A stretch of DNA of 21,932 nucleotides from Amoeboradix gromovi X-113 (GCA_018985225.1 JADGIF010000086.1:1-21932); one strand, 5' to 3'. Counted from the first letter of the stretch, positions 7,951-17,741 are shown. Translations and numbers: made by a program. The notes: generated by a model from the sequence alone, not told the origin.

Positions 7951-8910
7951 CTAAAGTGGAGACATTTGATACAAGTCAATGCCAGTCTCAGTTAGCAGTG
8001 CCATATTAGTTTTGCAGGTTGAAATACCCTTAAATTGTCCTTGGAGGACTAATTGCAACTTTTTGTGATGATATCGGAAAAGGCCGATTTTACTAACCAA
8101 AAGACATCCTAAAATGCTTAATTCGACTTGAATGCACTCGAAGGATTCCCTGTATATTATTTTAGACTGATGTACAATGAATTCGAATGCTGTACAAGCA
8201 TAAATGATAGAATCCTTTACAAAAAAACTCTTAATGGGATAGTCAGACAATCTTGAGGTATTTATAGTTGTCATATTGTTAAGATCTATTTCCAATATAT
8301 TACCTGTATACGAACCAATAAACAACTCTGTATTTTGAATAAAACTGCAAGACGCTTCCTCTGTTCCATAAAATGTCTTATTTTTATAAAATCCGTTCGA
8401 GCATACAACCAGATCATCATGTATACTAGTAATTGACTCTTCATGTATTGGTTTTAGTGATTTGTAACTGTGCAAAATGTTTCCTAATTCGGTTCCTAGT
8501 AATTGCACATCAGCGTTTATACAAGTTATCATCTGTGAAGAAGGGTATTCAGTTATTGTATCCGATATTTTATAAATCTTTGAGTTATCGTTATCGACAG
8601 CTATACACCAGCTCTCTGATAGTGCAATAATATTGGCTATTATAGATATTGACTTTGTAAAGTAAAATAGCTTATGCGGAATGCTTTTGTAAATATCCTT
8701 GAGTACTATGTTCTCATTTATTGCCTCTTCAAATAAACTTATTGGTTTGAGACTAATTATTTTCACCTTTTCAGTCTCTGTAGATTTTTCAACTGTAGAA
8801 TTCACTTGGGTTGACTGTTCATGTTGTTCTGAATTATCAGTTTGTATGTCTTTATCTGCCTTTTCATTGGAAATCTGTGAGAATATTACAAATTTACTCG
8901 TGCTTAACAT
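7951..8910 (-). CDS. Hypothetical protein, probable divergent WD40-like beta-propeller
   Basis: 319-aa ORF with LLGTELGNI, HEESITSI, LFIGSYTGNI strand motifs. Confidence 0.6.
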   Translation of the reverse strand: MLSTSKFVIFSQISNEKADKDIQTDNSEQHEQSTQVNSTVEKSTETEKVKIISLKPISLFEEAINENIVLKDIYKSIPHKLFYFTKSISIIANIIALSESWCIAVDNDNSKIYKISDTITEYPSSQMITCINADVQLLGTELGNILHSYKSLKPIHEESITSIHDDLVVCSNGFYKNKTFYGTEEASCSFIQNTELFIGSYTGNILEIDLNNMTTINTSRLSDYPIKSFFVKDSIIYACTAFEFIVHQSKIIYRESFECIQVELSILGCLLVSKIGLFRYHHKKLQLVLQGQFKGISTCKTNMALLTETGIDLYQMSPL

Positions 8911-9156
8911 GTTTTAAGTTTTTAACTGGGACATAATCTAGAATTTGCACACTTTATTTTCCTGAATTTTACCGCTCAATTGCACCTATATTCAATGTAC
9001 GCTAGAATAGTCCTCCAATCATGCGAACCATATCGAGGTAAGAATGAGCTGGTTGACAAATAGGAAGAATTAGCAACAGTAGCTTGTGGCGCAGGGTATA
9101 AGAGACAAAATATGCACCATTTCTGTTCCAGTTGAATAGTTTATTAAAATTCAAAT

Positions 9157-9343
9157 GAATGTATGCTGTACCTGCTAGTTATTTCCTTAGAATTGACATA
9201 TTCAGGATTACATCTATTTATTCCATTTACCGGAAGAATATCGACTATTTAAGCTACTAGAAAAATCTGGAAAAGTCTTGAAATTATACAAAAATGCATA
9301 CAAATTCGCGATAAATGATTTATTCAAGAAAACAATCGAGCTG
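9157..9343 (+). repeat. Copy 3 of the decayed coding repeat family
   Basis: Matches 4441-4609; translates across a frameshift as MLYLLVISLELTYSGLHLFIPF / EEYRLFKLLEKSGKVLKLYKNAYKFAINDLFKKTIEL. Confidence 0.85.
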
Positions 9344-9351
9344 GTTTAATC

Positions 9352-12169
9352 TTAAAATGAGCTTGTAACAACCTCAAATCCAGATCCCTTAACCAGGATT
9401 ACTCTTGGTAAATCAGCACACAAAACATCCACATATTCCAGGTAATCTACAGCTGTTTGATTTATATTGGGAAGTGGTAAATTACAAAACACTAGTGGTG
9501 ATTTCGCAGATCTTTTCTTCATTATCGAATTCACTCTTACAGATGTGTTCATATAATCAATTTTGGTTTTATCTCTACGTTAAGTACGATTACAATTTAT
9601 GCTGCTTCAAATATGGTGAAATCATTTTAGATTGATCATCTCTGATAAACAAATGCAACGAGTTCTTTCTTTGGCTTCCCATATCGTTTCTTAATTTCTT
9701 TAAATACTCCTGTCGTTCTTGCAGTTGCATTGTCTTTTCATAGGTGAACTCGCTAATATCGCTATCTCCTATCTCTATTACTTCACTGTATGCTTCAATT
9801 CTCAATTCTATTAGTGCGTCTTTAAGTTGCTTCCCAATCTCGACACTGTTATCAGTAAGTTCTGCTAGCGCGAAAATTCTAAGTTTACATTTGCGCCAGA
9901 TATTGTGTTTTTTAAGCAAGTGAGGCAAAATCGAGAGCATCCCTCCATCGTGGCGAATCCAATAGATATCTATGTATCCTGACTGCACATTGGCCACGGA
10001 AGGAAATTCAAGCATCGATTTTATCAGTATCAGCCCTTTTTTACAAATTAAAACTGCTTTGATGGCTTCTACATATTGCTCGCATTTATCTAGTGAATCT
10101 CTCTTTGTAATATATCCCATTACCACAGTATTTGGACTTAGTTTGCCTAATCCTGCCAGTTGCACTGCGTGCGCTATTCCATCCACTAAGCTTCTACTAA
10201 CCAAAACTTCTGCGAATCCATTGATGTCATATTCTTCCATTTTAGTCTTCAATAGCACTTGCAATTTTTCATTCTCTTTGCTCTGGTACACCATATTAAG
10301 ATCTTGTGTTATTATCACGCTCAGTAATATAGTTAATCCTCTTCCCTTTTTAAGTTGGCTAAGAAATGACAAAATAATGGGAAGTGAATTATCATCTGTA
10401 TTTACTGTAGAAAATCCTATCATTTGCGGCCTCCAATTTTTGCTGTTAGGCACTTCATACTTCTCTAATCTAACAAGATTTTGTTGACTAATTTGCAAAT
10501 TAAGAGCAAACAGGGCATCTCCCCAGTCTACTACTGCGCCATAGTACTGCACATATCCTATGACCAGGGACATGGCAAAGATAGCACCCAAAGCAATCCT
10601 CCAGTCAAAAGCAAACATTAAAAATAAACTCAGGATACCTCCGATAAAACTAACTGACCAGTGGTAATATCTAAAAGTAGGGCGCCATCCTGGCGATTTA
10701 AGAAATCCTAAAAGGGCGGTGCTCCAGTTCAAAAAACAAAAGGTAAGTAAATTAGCCAAAGATGCAGCTTTTGATAAAAGTTCAAAGTTACTAATTTGAA
10801 GAATGAACAGAGCAACGCACATTGTGATGATAATGACACGCCAATATCTCTTAGTATGATCATTTTTGCTATTCAAAAAACCCAGAACAGGAAGAATATC
10901 ATCATTACTCATTGAGGCTAGGATTGAATTGGCACCAGAAAAGCAATAAATGGCAGCTCCCAGAGCTATAAAAAATATAAAAACAAGTATAACAGAGTCT
11001 CCGGGCCATGCAATTAGCGCAGTTACCAATTTATTTGTATATTGAGCCCTGAGCAAGTCCCCTTCAACAACACACCCCAGTAAAATAATTAAAACTGAAT
11101 AAATTACAGAAATGGTTAAGATTGAAGAAAATAAACCTACTTTCAATGACTGAGCAGGCGATTTTAAAGAACCGCTTCTGTTTAATCCAGGTATTATGCC
11201 GCTAACACTGGGAAAGAATATAGTAAAGAAATACATAAAAGGACTGCTTAGCAAGTACTCAGGGCTATAGTAATCATAGTTCGGGTTCATGTTCTCAGGC
11301 AGTATTCCTGGAAGAGGTTTAATTCCGCTATCTCTGGGAGTACTACTGAATATCCCAATAAACAAAAACAGGATAGCTAATATCACAAAAGTGAATAAAC
11401 CCATATTAATATAGTACAATCTTTGTTTGTTTAGTATTTGGGTAGTGGTGAGTAGCAGCAATAAAACAGATCCATAAATGTGAGTGTTCCAAGCTACGTC
11501 AGGAAATGAAATAACTGGGAATAAAACAGCTAAAATTAAGGAAGCACCACTAATATATATAGTAGAGGATATGCATAAGCTAAACCACAATATGATGCCA
11601 ACTGATACCCCAATTTCTTTTCCTAGACTTCTGGATATCATATAGTAAGGACCTCCAATTGAGGAGAATAGCCCGTTGGAAGCAATTGCAGCTACAGAGG
11701 TACAAGTTAGTACAATTAAAAACTGGCTAATTAGTAGATAAACCAAAGTCATTGCCACACCAGAGTTGCCGACAATCCATGGCATACGCAAAAACACAGT
11801 TATCCCTATACAAGCATGAATACAAGGTATATAAACACCACTCCATGTGTTGAGATAAACTTTAGGTTTCTTGGGTTCTTCTTGAGGGCTAGTAACACCT
11901 AACTGTGGAGGCTTTTGTTGAAATGCATCAAATGATCGAGTTGAGAGATAATTGACCATATTATCCTGATCGTTACCTTGATCAAACAATATTAGGTTAT
12001 CTGAACGTACGCTTGAATTGTTATCCTGATCTCTGTTTGGTCTTCTATAATACGGTGATGGCTTGAGGTTAGCTGGTATATCATCTAGGGACTCAATAGC
12101 CATCTCTATGTCCGACTCATTAATCTCGTCTCTATCAAAAAGCTTCTCAAGATTATGTCTTTTGCTCAT
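9352..12169 (-). CDS. Cation-chloride cotransporter (SLC12, KCC-like); exons 12169-9594 and 9574-9352
   Basis: GVYIPC, GGPYYMISRSLG, FFPSVSGI..G.NRSGSLK, PGWRPTFRYYHW, KNWRPQ, SQLKKGRGL, IDIYWIRHDGG. Splicing adds the LPRVILVKGSGFEVVT terminus. Confidence 0.93.
9575..9593 (-). other. 19-nt spliceosomal intron
   Basis: GTAATCGTACTTAACGTAG with a CTTAAC branch-like motif; removal joins the two SLC12 ORFs in frame (HKL-DKTKIDYMNTS). Confidence 0.9.
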
Positions 12170-12277
12170 AAAATACTAAAAAATATAGTTAACTGTGTTT
12201 CAAGACGCTTTGATAAAGATCGGTAACGTTACCGAGATCGCTAATTACTTATTTCAGGTAATAAATTTATTTGTATT

Positions 12278-12757
12278 TTACTTTTTAATAACTTGCTTTA
12301 AAAGCGCGCTGTATTCGTCAATATCTAGATATTCTCCACGCTTTATTATGTTATACAGAACAACTAATATAGCTGGATCCTCATGGTTTATAAAAATCAT
12401 TCCGTTTCTGCCAACTAGGCACTCAAAATTGAAATATTTGGCTAGTAGAGACTTGTACTCGTTGAACCTGGTGCAATAATTGCAATTGACTTTTACTACC
12501 ATTCCTGATCGTAGTAGCCCAACGGATTCTCTACAGGATATCATTGGATCAGGCACTGTTTCTGTTATTTGCCCATAAATTGCATCTCCAACTTCCAATA
12601 TTTGCTTGTTCCTTTTTACTACATTTCTAAAATCCAGGTTGCTAATTATAGCAAATTGCGTACTGTTTATATAAATTTTGTAATACTCGCTTGATAATTT
12701 TGAATCTACAATACCTATTGCGTAGTCTTTTAGTTCTGGGAAATATAATTTTGTCAT
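12278..12757 (-). CDS. RRP40: Exosome cap subunit Rrp40 (S1 + KH), short N-terminus
   Basis: YFPELKDYAIGIV, DFRNVVKRNKQILEVGDAIYG, FECLVGRNGMIFI. Confidence 0.85.
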   Translation of the reverse strand: MTKLYFPELKDYAIGIVDSKLSSEYYKIYINSTQFAIISNLDFRNVVKRNKQILEVGDAIYGQITETVPDPMISCRESVGLLRSGMVVKVNCNYCTRFNEYKSLLAKYFNFECLVGRNGMIFINHEDPAILVVLYNIIKRGEYLDIDEYSALLKQVIKK

Positions 12758-12781
12758 TGTTTAAGTTGTTTGAAGGGAATA

Positions 12782-13108
12782 CAGGAGGCACGGAAATCCA
12801 TTATAAAAGTAGACTAATTTTATATTACCCGATATTTATCGCCTAGAAATTAGAAAAAATATATCTGCCATGGTTTTTCAGCCAAGTGTTTCCTCTATAA
12901 TTTGTAACGGGCATTGGCTGTGCTTAAAAATGACTAGAAAGTCTTGGTGCTTCTGTATTAACTTTTAAGTAACTACTGGGCATGCTGACTACTTAAAATT
13001 CATTAAAATATACTACTGGGATTTGTGTTTGACTACCTTGGGACTCTTCCTTGGAAGTTTATCGTTGATGAAATGATTTAATGAGTACCTTCTTTTTATA
13101 GAACAGGC
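12782..13108 (-). pseudogene. Possible heavily decayed Fanzor1 C-terminus with TIR-like end
   Basis: IPVVYFNEF (12996-13022) followed by frameshifted SSQ / CP, later QCP...KTMADI. End TA|CAGG...CCATTATAAAAGTAGACTAA (from 12780) partly resembles the family TIR. Confidence 0.4.
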
Positions 13109-13846
13109 TAAATGGGACACCAAATATAAAAACTAGACTAACTCGTTTTTAAAGGTGTACCATACGGAGTAAATGCTATCATTAATAAAAGATCTTCTAT
13201 TATACCAATCTTCTTTCATTGATTGTATTCCTCTTTTTAAAATAAAACTAGAAGACCCTGCTTCTCGTTCAAATATATGAGGTCTTTGAGCATCTAAGCA
13301 AAAGGTGCATCTTCCTAGACGGTACTCTCTTCTAGAGTCATTTTGTAATGTTATACTAACATCATTACTCTTATCTATTTCTTTGAAGTGTAATCTATGG
13401 ACAGTCTCCCTGACTCTTGTCTTGCTGAATTTCAATTTCGTTTTAACTGTTGCGACAACTACATCTTCTTCAATGTCAGTGTCCCGCTTTTTCTTCTTTG
13501 ATTTACTGGTCTATTAAAGCTTTTGCTTTCTCTTGGTCATAAATTTATTAGGAAAGGTCTCTATTTATGTGCAAGATCAAATGAAAATATACCCTATTAT
13601 GAATCAGTATTATGATAAAGATTGGATGACAGAGTAAGAGAAAAGCTGTACAGAATATTTATTTTTGAAATTTCGATACAAAAAGTTATTTATAAAAGTT
13701 ATTTATTCTCCTTTTATACTCGTCAACTCCGCAACTAGCTGAATGCCCACTCGCCTCTTAAATCCATAAAATTAATAAAGCTGAAATAATGTTCCAAGTT
13801 GTTACAGAAAGTGAGTCCAGTTTTTATATTTGATGTCCCAAATGTA
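13109..13846 (-). mobile_element. Non-autonomous TIR element (Tc1/mariner-like TA flanks) carrying a deleted Fanzor1-like ORF
   Basis: Inverted repeats 13111-13142 and 13811-13844; TA at 13109-13110 and 13845-13846; second copy of its 3' end at 2-93. Confidence 0.8.
13133..13540 (-). pseudogene. Internally deleted Fanzor1-like ORF
   Basis: One frame from ATG 13540: MTKRKQKL**TSKSKKKKR (NLS-like), VATVKTKL, then RCTFCLDAQRPHIFEREAGSSSFIL (CxxC plus RuvC-III-like), which aligns with the 15714-15790 relic. Confidence 0.6.
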
Positions 13847-14268
13847 ATTTTATATTAATCCCAATCCTCAGTCTAGGTCGGTGAGATTAGCGAACTATCC
13901 AAACGTACGCGTCTAACCATAGCTGTCACTCTTATTGCTATTGATAATATATTTCAAGTGTTGTGCTAACCCATAAATGAAATTTGTTCTAGAAACTTAT
14001 GCATGAAGTGGTGCTTGTTATTAGGTAGATTAAGAAGTAGTGAAGATTTTAAAGATTTAGCTATCGCCATCCGTTATACTATTTAAAAACTCTCTGGAAA
14101 CATTTAAAATGAGGTCGTAAAACAGAAAGAATAACTCTGAAAGCCAAAAACTGAAGTTAGTTTCAGATCTGCTGAAGTTGGTGGCACAACAGTGGTAGTA
14201 CTTTCAAAATTTGTATCAGAAGTAAAAATTCGATATTTTATGGTTAGTATGTCAATTGAAAATCTTAT

Positions 14269-15465
14269 TTATTCTTCTGTCGATGCACTTAGATAATATC
14301 TCATAACATTCTGCTCCAATATCTTTATTACCTCTTTTTCTGCCAAATCCAAGTTCAACATAATTTCATCCACAGAATTATCCATAGAACTCTTAATTTT
14401 GGATCTTAATTTACCGCTTAAATTGATTTCGTTTCTGGACCCGCTTGCAATAAACTCGTTATACAACATATCAATCGATTCTTTTGCAGGAGTAGATTTA
14501 ATCATATCATATTGAAATAAAAATAACGAGTTTTCTAAGCAGAAGTAATCAGCACATATTTTTGAAAACGCTTCCCATTCCTGCTTGTTTCTTATAAGAC
14601 TTTTTATATCCTGCGACTTTTCAATCTTCTTTTTATAGGAAAGAACAACTGGCATTATGAAGCTTAGAGTGTTACTCATTATCACTATAATGAAAGGGTA
14701 TATTCCTGGTAGTGCTGTATCAGCAGCACTCGGATTCTTCATCTTACCCAAAAGTGCGAAATGAGCTCCGGATGCAAAAATTAGGACAAAGAAGAGCAAT
14801 GAACTGGCTAGCATCTCAAATTTCACTAAATATGGATCTTTAACTTTCCTTAGCAACACAAAAAAGGTGAATGTCATAATTGTATACAAAGATACCATGG
14901 TGAAGATGATTGGCAGAGTGTCTACACATCTAAACCCACTATAAGCAGCACCAAACACAAATCCAAACAAAATGATTATCATTGGTATACCTATAGCTCT
15001 TTTCCAGCCACCTGAAGCCTTTTTTACCTGTAAGTTCATGCTGTCACTAGACTGATTTGCAGATTTGCTACCGCTTCCTCGTTTCGTTACATAACGGGAC
15101 AAAAGACTCTTTTCAAAGCCGTCCAAGTTTTTATAGCCTAACACTTTTGTTTGATTGTAATAATACAATTTGAATAAAAACAGACAACGCATGAAATATA
15201 TTCCGACAAAAGTGAATATGCTCATAGGTAACGAGAACGCAGTGAGAATACAACTTTTTTCTCGAACTGCAATTCCCCATAAGGGTGAAAGATTCAAAAA
15301 AGTAGAAACAGCGGTAAACAAGTTTACGACAGACAATACCATTAAAGGCTTCCAGTCTCTTTTTTCAATATATACCGAGTGTCTACGGTAAATCAGCGCA
15401 ATTGGTCCCACTACATGGTAAATGACAATAAACACAAAAAACACGTAGAATCCGTCGGAAAACAT
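14269..15465 (-). CDS. 7TM-RGS protein (GprK/AtRGS1-like architecture)
   Basis: About seven hydrophobic segments followed by RGS motifs FCLENSLF and YNEFIASGSRNEINLS. Confidence 0.85.
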   Translation of the reverse strand: MFSDGFYVFFVFIVIYHVVGPIALIYRRHSVYIEKRDWKPLMVLSVVNLFTAVSTFLNLSPLWGIAVREKSCILTAFSLPMSIFTFVGIYFMRCLFLFKLYYYNQTKVLGYKNLDGFEKSLLSRYVTKRGSGSKSANQSSDSMNLQVKKASGGWKRAIGIPMIIILFGFVFGAAYSGFRCVDTLPIIFTMVSLYTIMTFTFFVLLRKVKDPYLVKFEMLASSLLFFVLIFASGAHFALLGKMKNPSAADTALPGIYPFIIVIMSNTLSFIMPVVLSYKKKIEKSQDIKSLIRNKQEWEAFSKICADYFCLENSLFLFQYDMIKSTPAKESIDMLYNEFIASGSRNEINLSGKLRSKIKSSMDNSVDEIMLNLDLAEKEVIKILEQNVMRYYLSASTEE

Positions 15466-15639
15466 CAGGTGGCTTTAGTAGAGCCTTTGAAAATTACAAA
15501 CTGCAGTTGGTATGGCCCTGCCAGATCCCCTCTTACTGCAGCTCGTTCAGCATTGACAAAAATCAAAACACAGGTACTACAACGCCACTGGTAACTTTGC
15601 AAAAAATTGCCCAATGGGACCCAATTTCAGAAAATGTCA

Positions 15640-16010
15640 GTAGCTCAAGTCGGAGGACCACTTGGAAAGATGTGTCAGTCCAATAATATGCCATTAGCCT
15701 TCTCTCAATATGAAAATGCACTGGCAATATCACTTTCAAAATAGCTTGGCTGATTAACACTTGGGAATACGTTGCATTATCTCAACCAATAACCATTTTC
15801 ATATTCTATCTTGATGTTTGTAATGACGTCTTGTTCACAAACAAGGCAGCATCTGGATGTCTTTCTCTCGTATCTGGTGACATGATAATGGGAGTATGTC
15901 TTCTTGGTGTTCCTCCTACTTAGAATTAAGGATATTTTTTCAGAATGGGTCTCATGTATTGGGCGAAATGTATTACTAATTGTTTTATAACATTCACAAC
16001 TTTATCGAAA
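15640..16010 (-). pseudogene. Decayed Fanzor1 C-terminal region
   Basis: FDKVVNVI (15986-16009), GGTPRRH, ERKTSRCCLVC (15837-15869, E-x-x-T-S-x-x-C-x-x-C), WLR*C, FESDIASAF (15714-15740). Confidence 0.7.
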
Positions 16011-16298
16011 TTAATTTAAGAGATTTAATAGCTTTCTTCAGACTTTTAAGTACGCTAGACAGAGTTGGTTACACACGAGCAGACTTCATCGAATTTTTGC
16101 GATGTCATACAAAGTGCAACTTTAAAGTAAACCTTTTGAAACCTAAAATATAGCATCTTAAATGTATCTTCTGCAAAAAAGCAAATCTTAGTTTTTACAA
16201 GTTATCCAATTTCCCCTGGTTACGAACACCAAAAGATGAGTGTGTGACATACCCCAGTTGTAAAAACAGTACAAAGGAGTACTTGACGCATCTGACTC

Positions 16299-17741
16299 AT
16301 GTTTTGGTTCATACTTGCTGTTGTAAATGCTTTGAACGAAAAAGCTGTAAGATCAAACTTAATTCAGTATGTAAACAACGATCGAGCTTTAAGAGGATTA
16401 CAACCCATTTGCGGCCAAGGAAATCTCGACAACGCCGCTGAGAGACACTCCAACGAAATGGCTATATACAACGAAATGGTACATGAAAACCGTCAATTTG
16501 GCTCTCCATGGGATAGGATGCGTGAGTCTGGATACGCTGGGTTTTCCCGATCTGAGAACATTTTGAAAACACCATTTGGGGCCCGTTCTGATGAGGAATT
16601 TGCCAGACATTTGTACATGCTCTGGAAGACTTCACCAGGTCACTGGAAGAACATTATTGACCCCTCTGTTAATCGAATGGGATTTGCTTATGAAAAGGCA
16701 AACAGAAATCAATTCACCTTTGCTACTCAGAATTTTGGGGTTGGTGGCCAACCCTGTGATAGTCAACCTCGTAGGTTGAATCCTGTTAGACGTATCTTCA
16801 ACAGAGTTACCCACCCTGTTACTAGTGTTGTGAAGAATGCTTGGAGCTGGTTGACTGGTCGTAAGACCGCTGATCAGATTGAAGCAGCAAAGTTCGAGCA
16901 GCAGCGAAAGGAGGCTGATGCAAGAGCTAGGGCACTTGTTGAACAAAATGCACAAAAATTGAAGGATGCTGAGGCCCGAAGAATTATTCTTAACGATGCG
17001 AGTGCTAAAGCTAGTAGTACGCGTATAAAGAGACTGGAGCAGAGAAAGTTAAAGTTGGAGCTTGAAAAACAAAAGAAGCTAGAGGAAGATAAGCAATTTC
17101 TATTGAAGGAAAAGGACTCGGATGATTCTGATTCCACTAAATCTCTTCTTGACGACGTACCACATGCTCAGTTAACAAAATCTAGCGAAGATACTAAAAA
17201 GCCATTCTTCAACTTGACCGATTTTAGTTTATTTGGTGATGAGAAATCAGGACAAGATGACTCCGAGTTAAACTCTACAGCTAGCAATATTACAGATTCA
17301 ACTGCTAGAATCTCTGATAGCAATGAATTGTCTCCTGACAACAGCACTGTTGCGACCACAAGCACTTTGCTCGACTCAGAGTTAAATACTGATTTTGCTG
17401 CTCATATTGCCAAAATGGAGCAAGAAATTAAAGATCTAGGTACCTCCACTAAATCTTTCAATTCAAGAGGTGAGACTGAAATTGCACCATCAACTGAGTT
17501 TTATAGAACATTGCTTACAATTGAAGACTCTGTAAATAAATTGGGCGACTCTAATAATGATCTGGATCCAAAGAGAGCTGCACCTATAGTAAGCAGCGGT
17601 ATGACTTCGGAGAAATCTTTACCAGTTGAGCCAGATGTATCTAATACCATAACTACTTCTCAGCTTGCATCTAATAAAGGAGCGCAGGAAGGTGAACTTC
17701 AAGATTCGATTGATGATGGACTTATAACTCTTCCAAGTTAA
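16299..17741 (+). CDS. Secreted CAP/SCP-domain protein with coiled coil and low-complexity tail
   Basis: Signal peptide; VNNDRA..GL, AAERHSNEMA, ENI, WKTSPGHWKNII, ATQNFG. Confidence 0.88.
   Translation: MFWFILAVVNALNEKAVRSNLIQYVNNDRALRGLQPICGQGNLDNAAERHSNEMAIYNEMVHENRQFGSPWDRMRESGYAGFSRSENILKTPFGARSDEEFARHLYMLWKTSPGHWKNIIDPSVNRMGFAYEKANRNQFTFATQNFGVGGQPCDSQPRRLNPVRRIFNRVTHPVTSVVKNAWSWLTGRKTADQIEAAKFEQQRKEADARARALVEQNAQKLKDAEARRIILNDASAKASSTRIKRLEQRKLKLELEKQKKLEEDKQFLLKEKDSDDSDSTKSLLDDVPHAQLTKSSEDTKKPFFNLTDFSLFGDEKSGQDDSELNSTASNITDSTARISDSNELSPDNSTVATTSTLLDSELNTDFAAHIAKMEQEIKDLGTSTKSFNSRGETEIAPSTEFYRTLLTIEDSVNKLGDSNNDLDPKRAAPIVSSGMTSEKSLPVEPDVSNTITTSQLASNKGAQEGELQDSIDDGLITLPS

Noticed and set aside
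8940-9150. WRTILAYIEYRC (TnpB-like) or a DDE-like fragment on the minus strand
   Set aside because: Single short motif with no supporting neighbours.
13681-13706. 13-nt tandem duplication AAAAGTTATTTAT (and another 13-mer at 4058-4083)
   Set aside because: Only two units each, consistent with slippage; no spacers, so not a CRISPR array.
13850-14260. Unexplained 0.4-kb spacer
   Set aside because: No motif, repeat or convincing structure found by eye.
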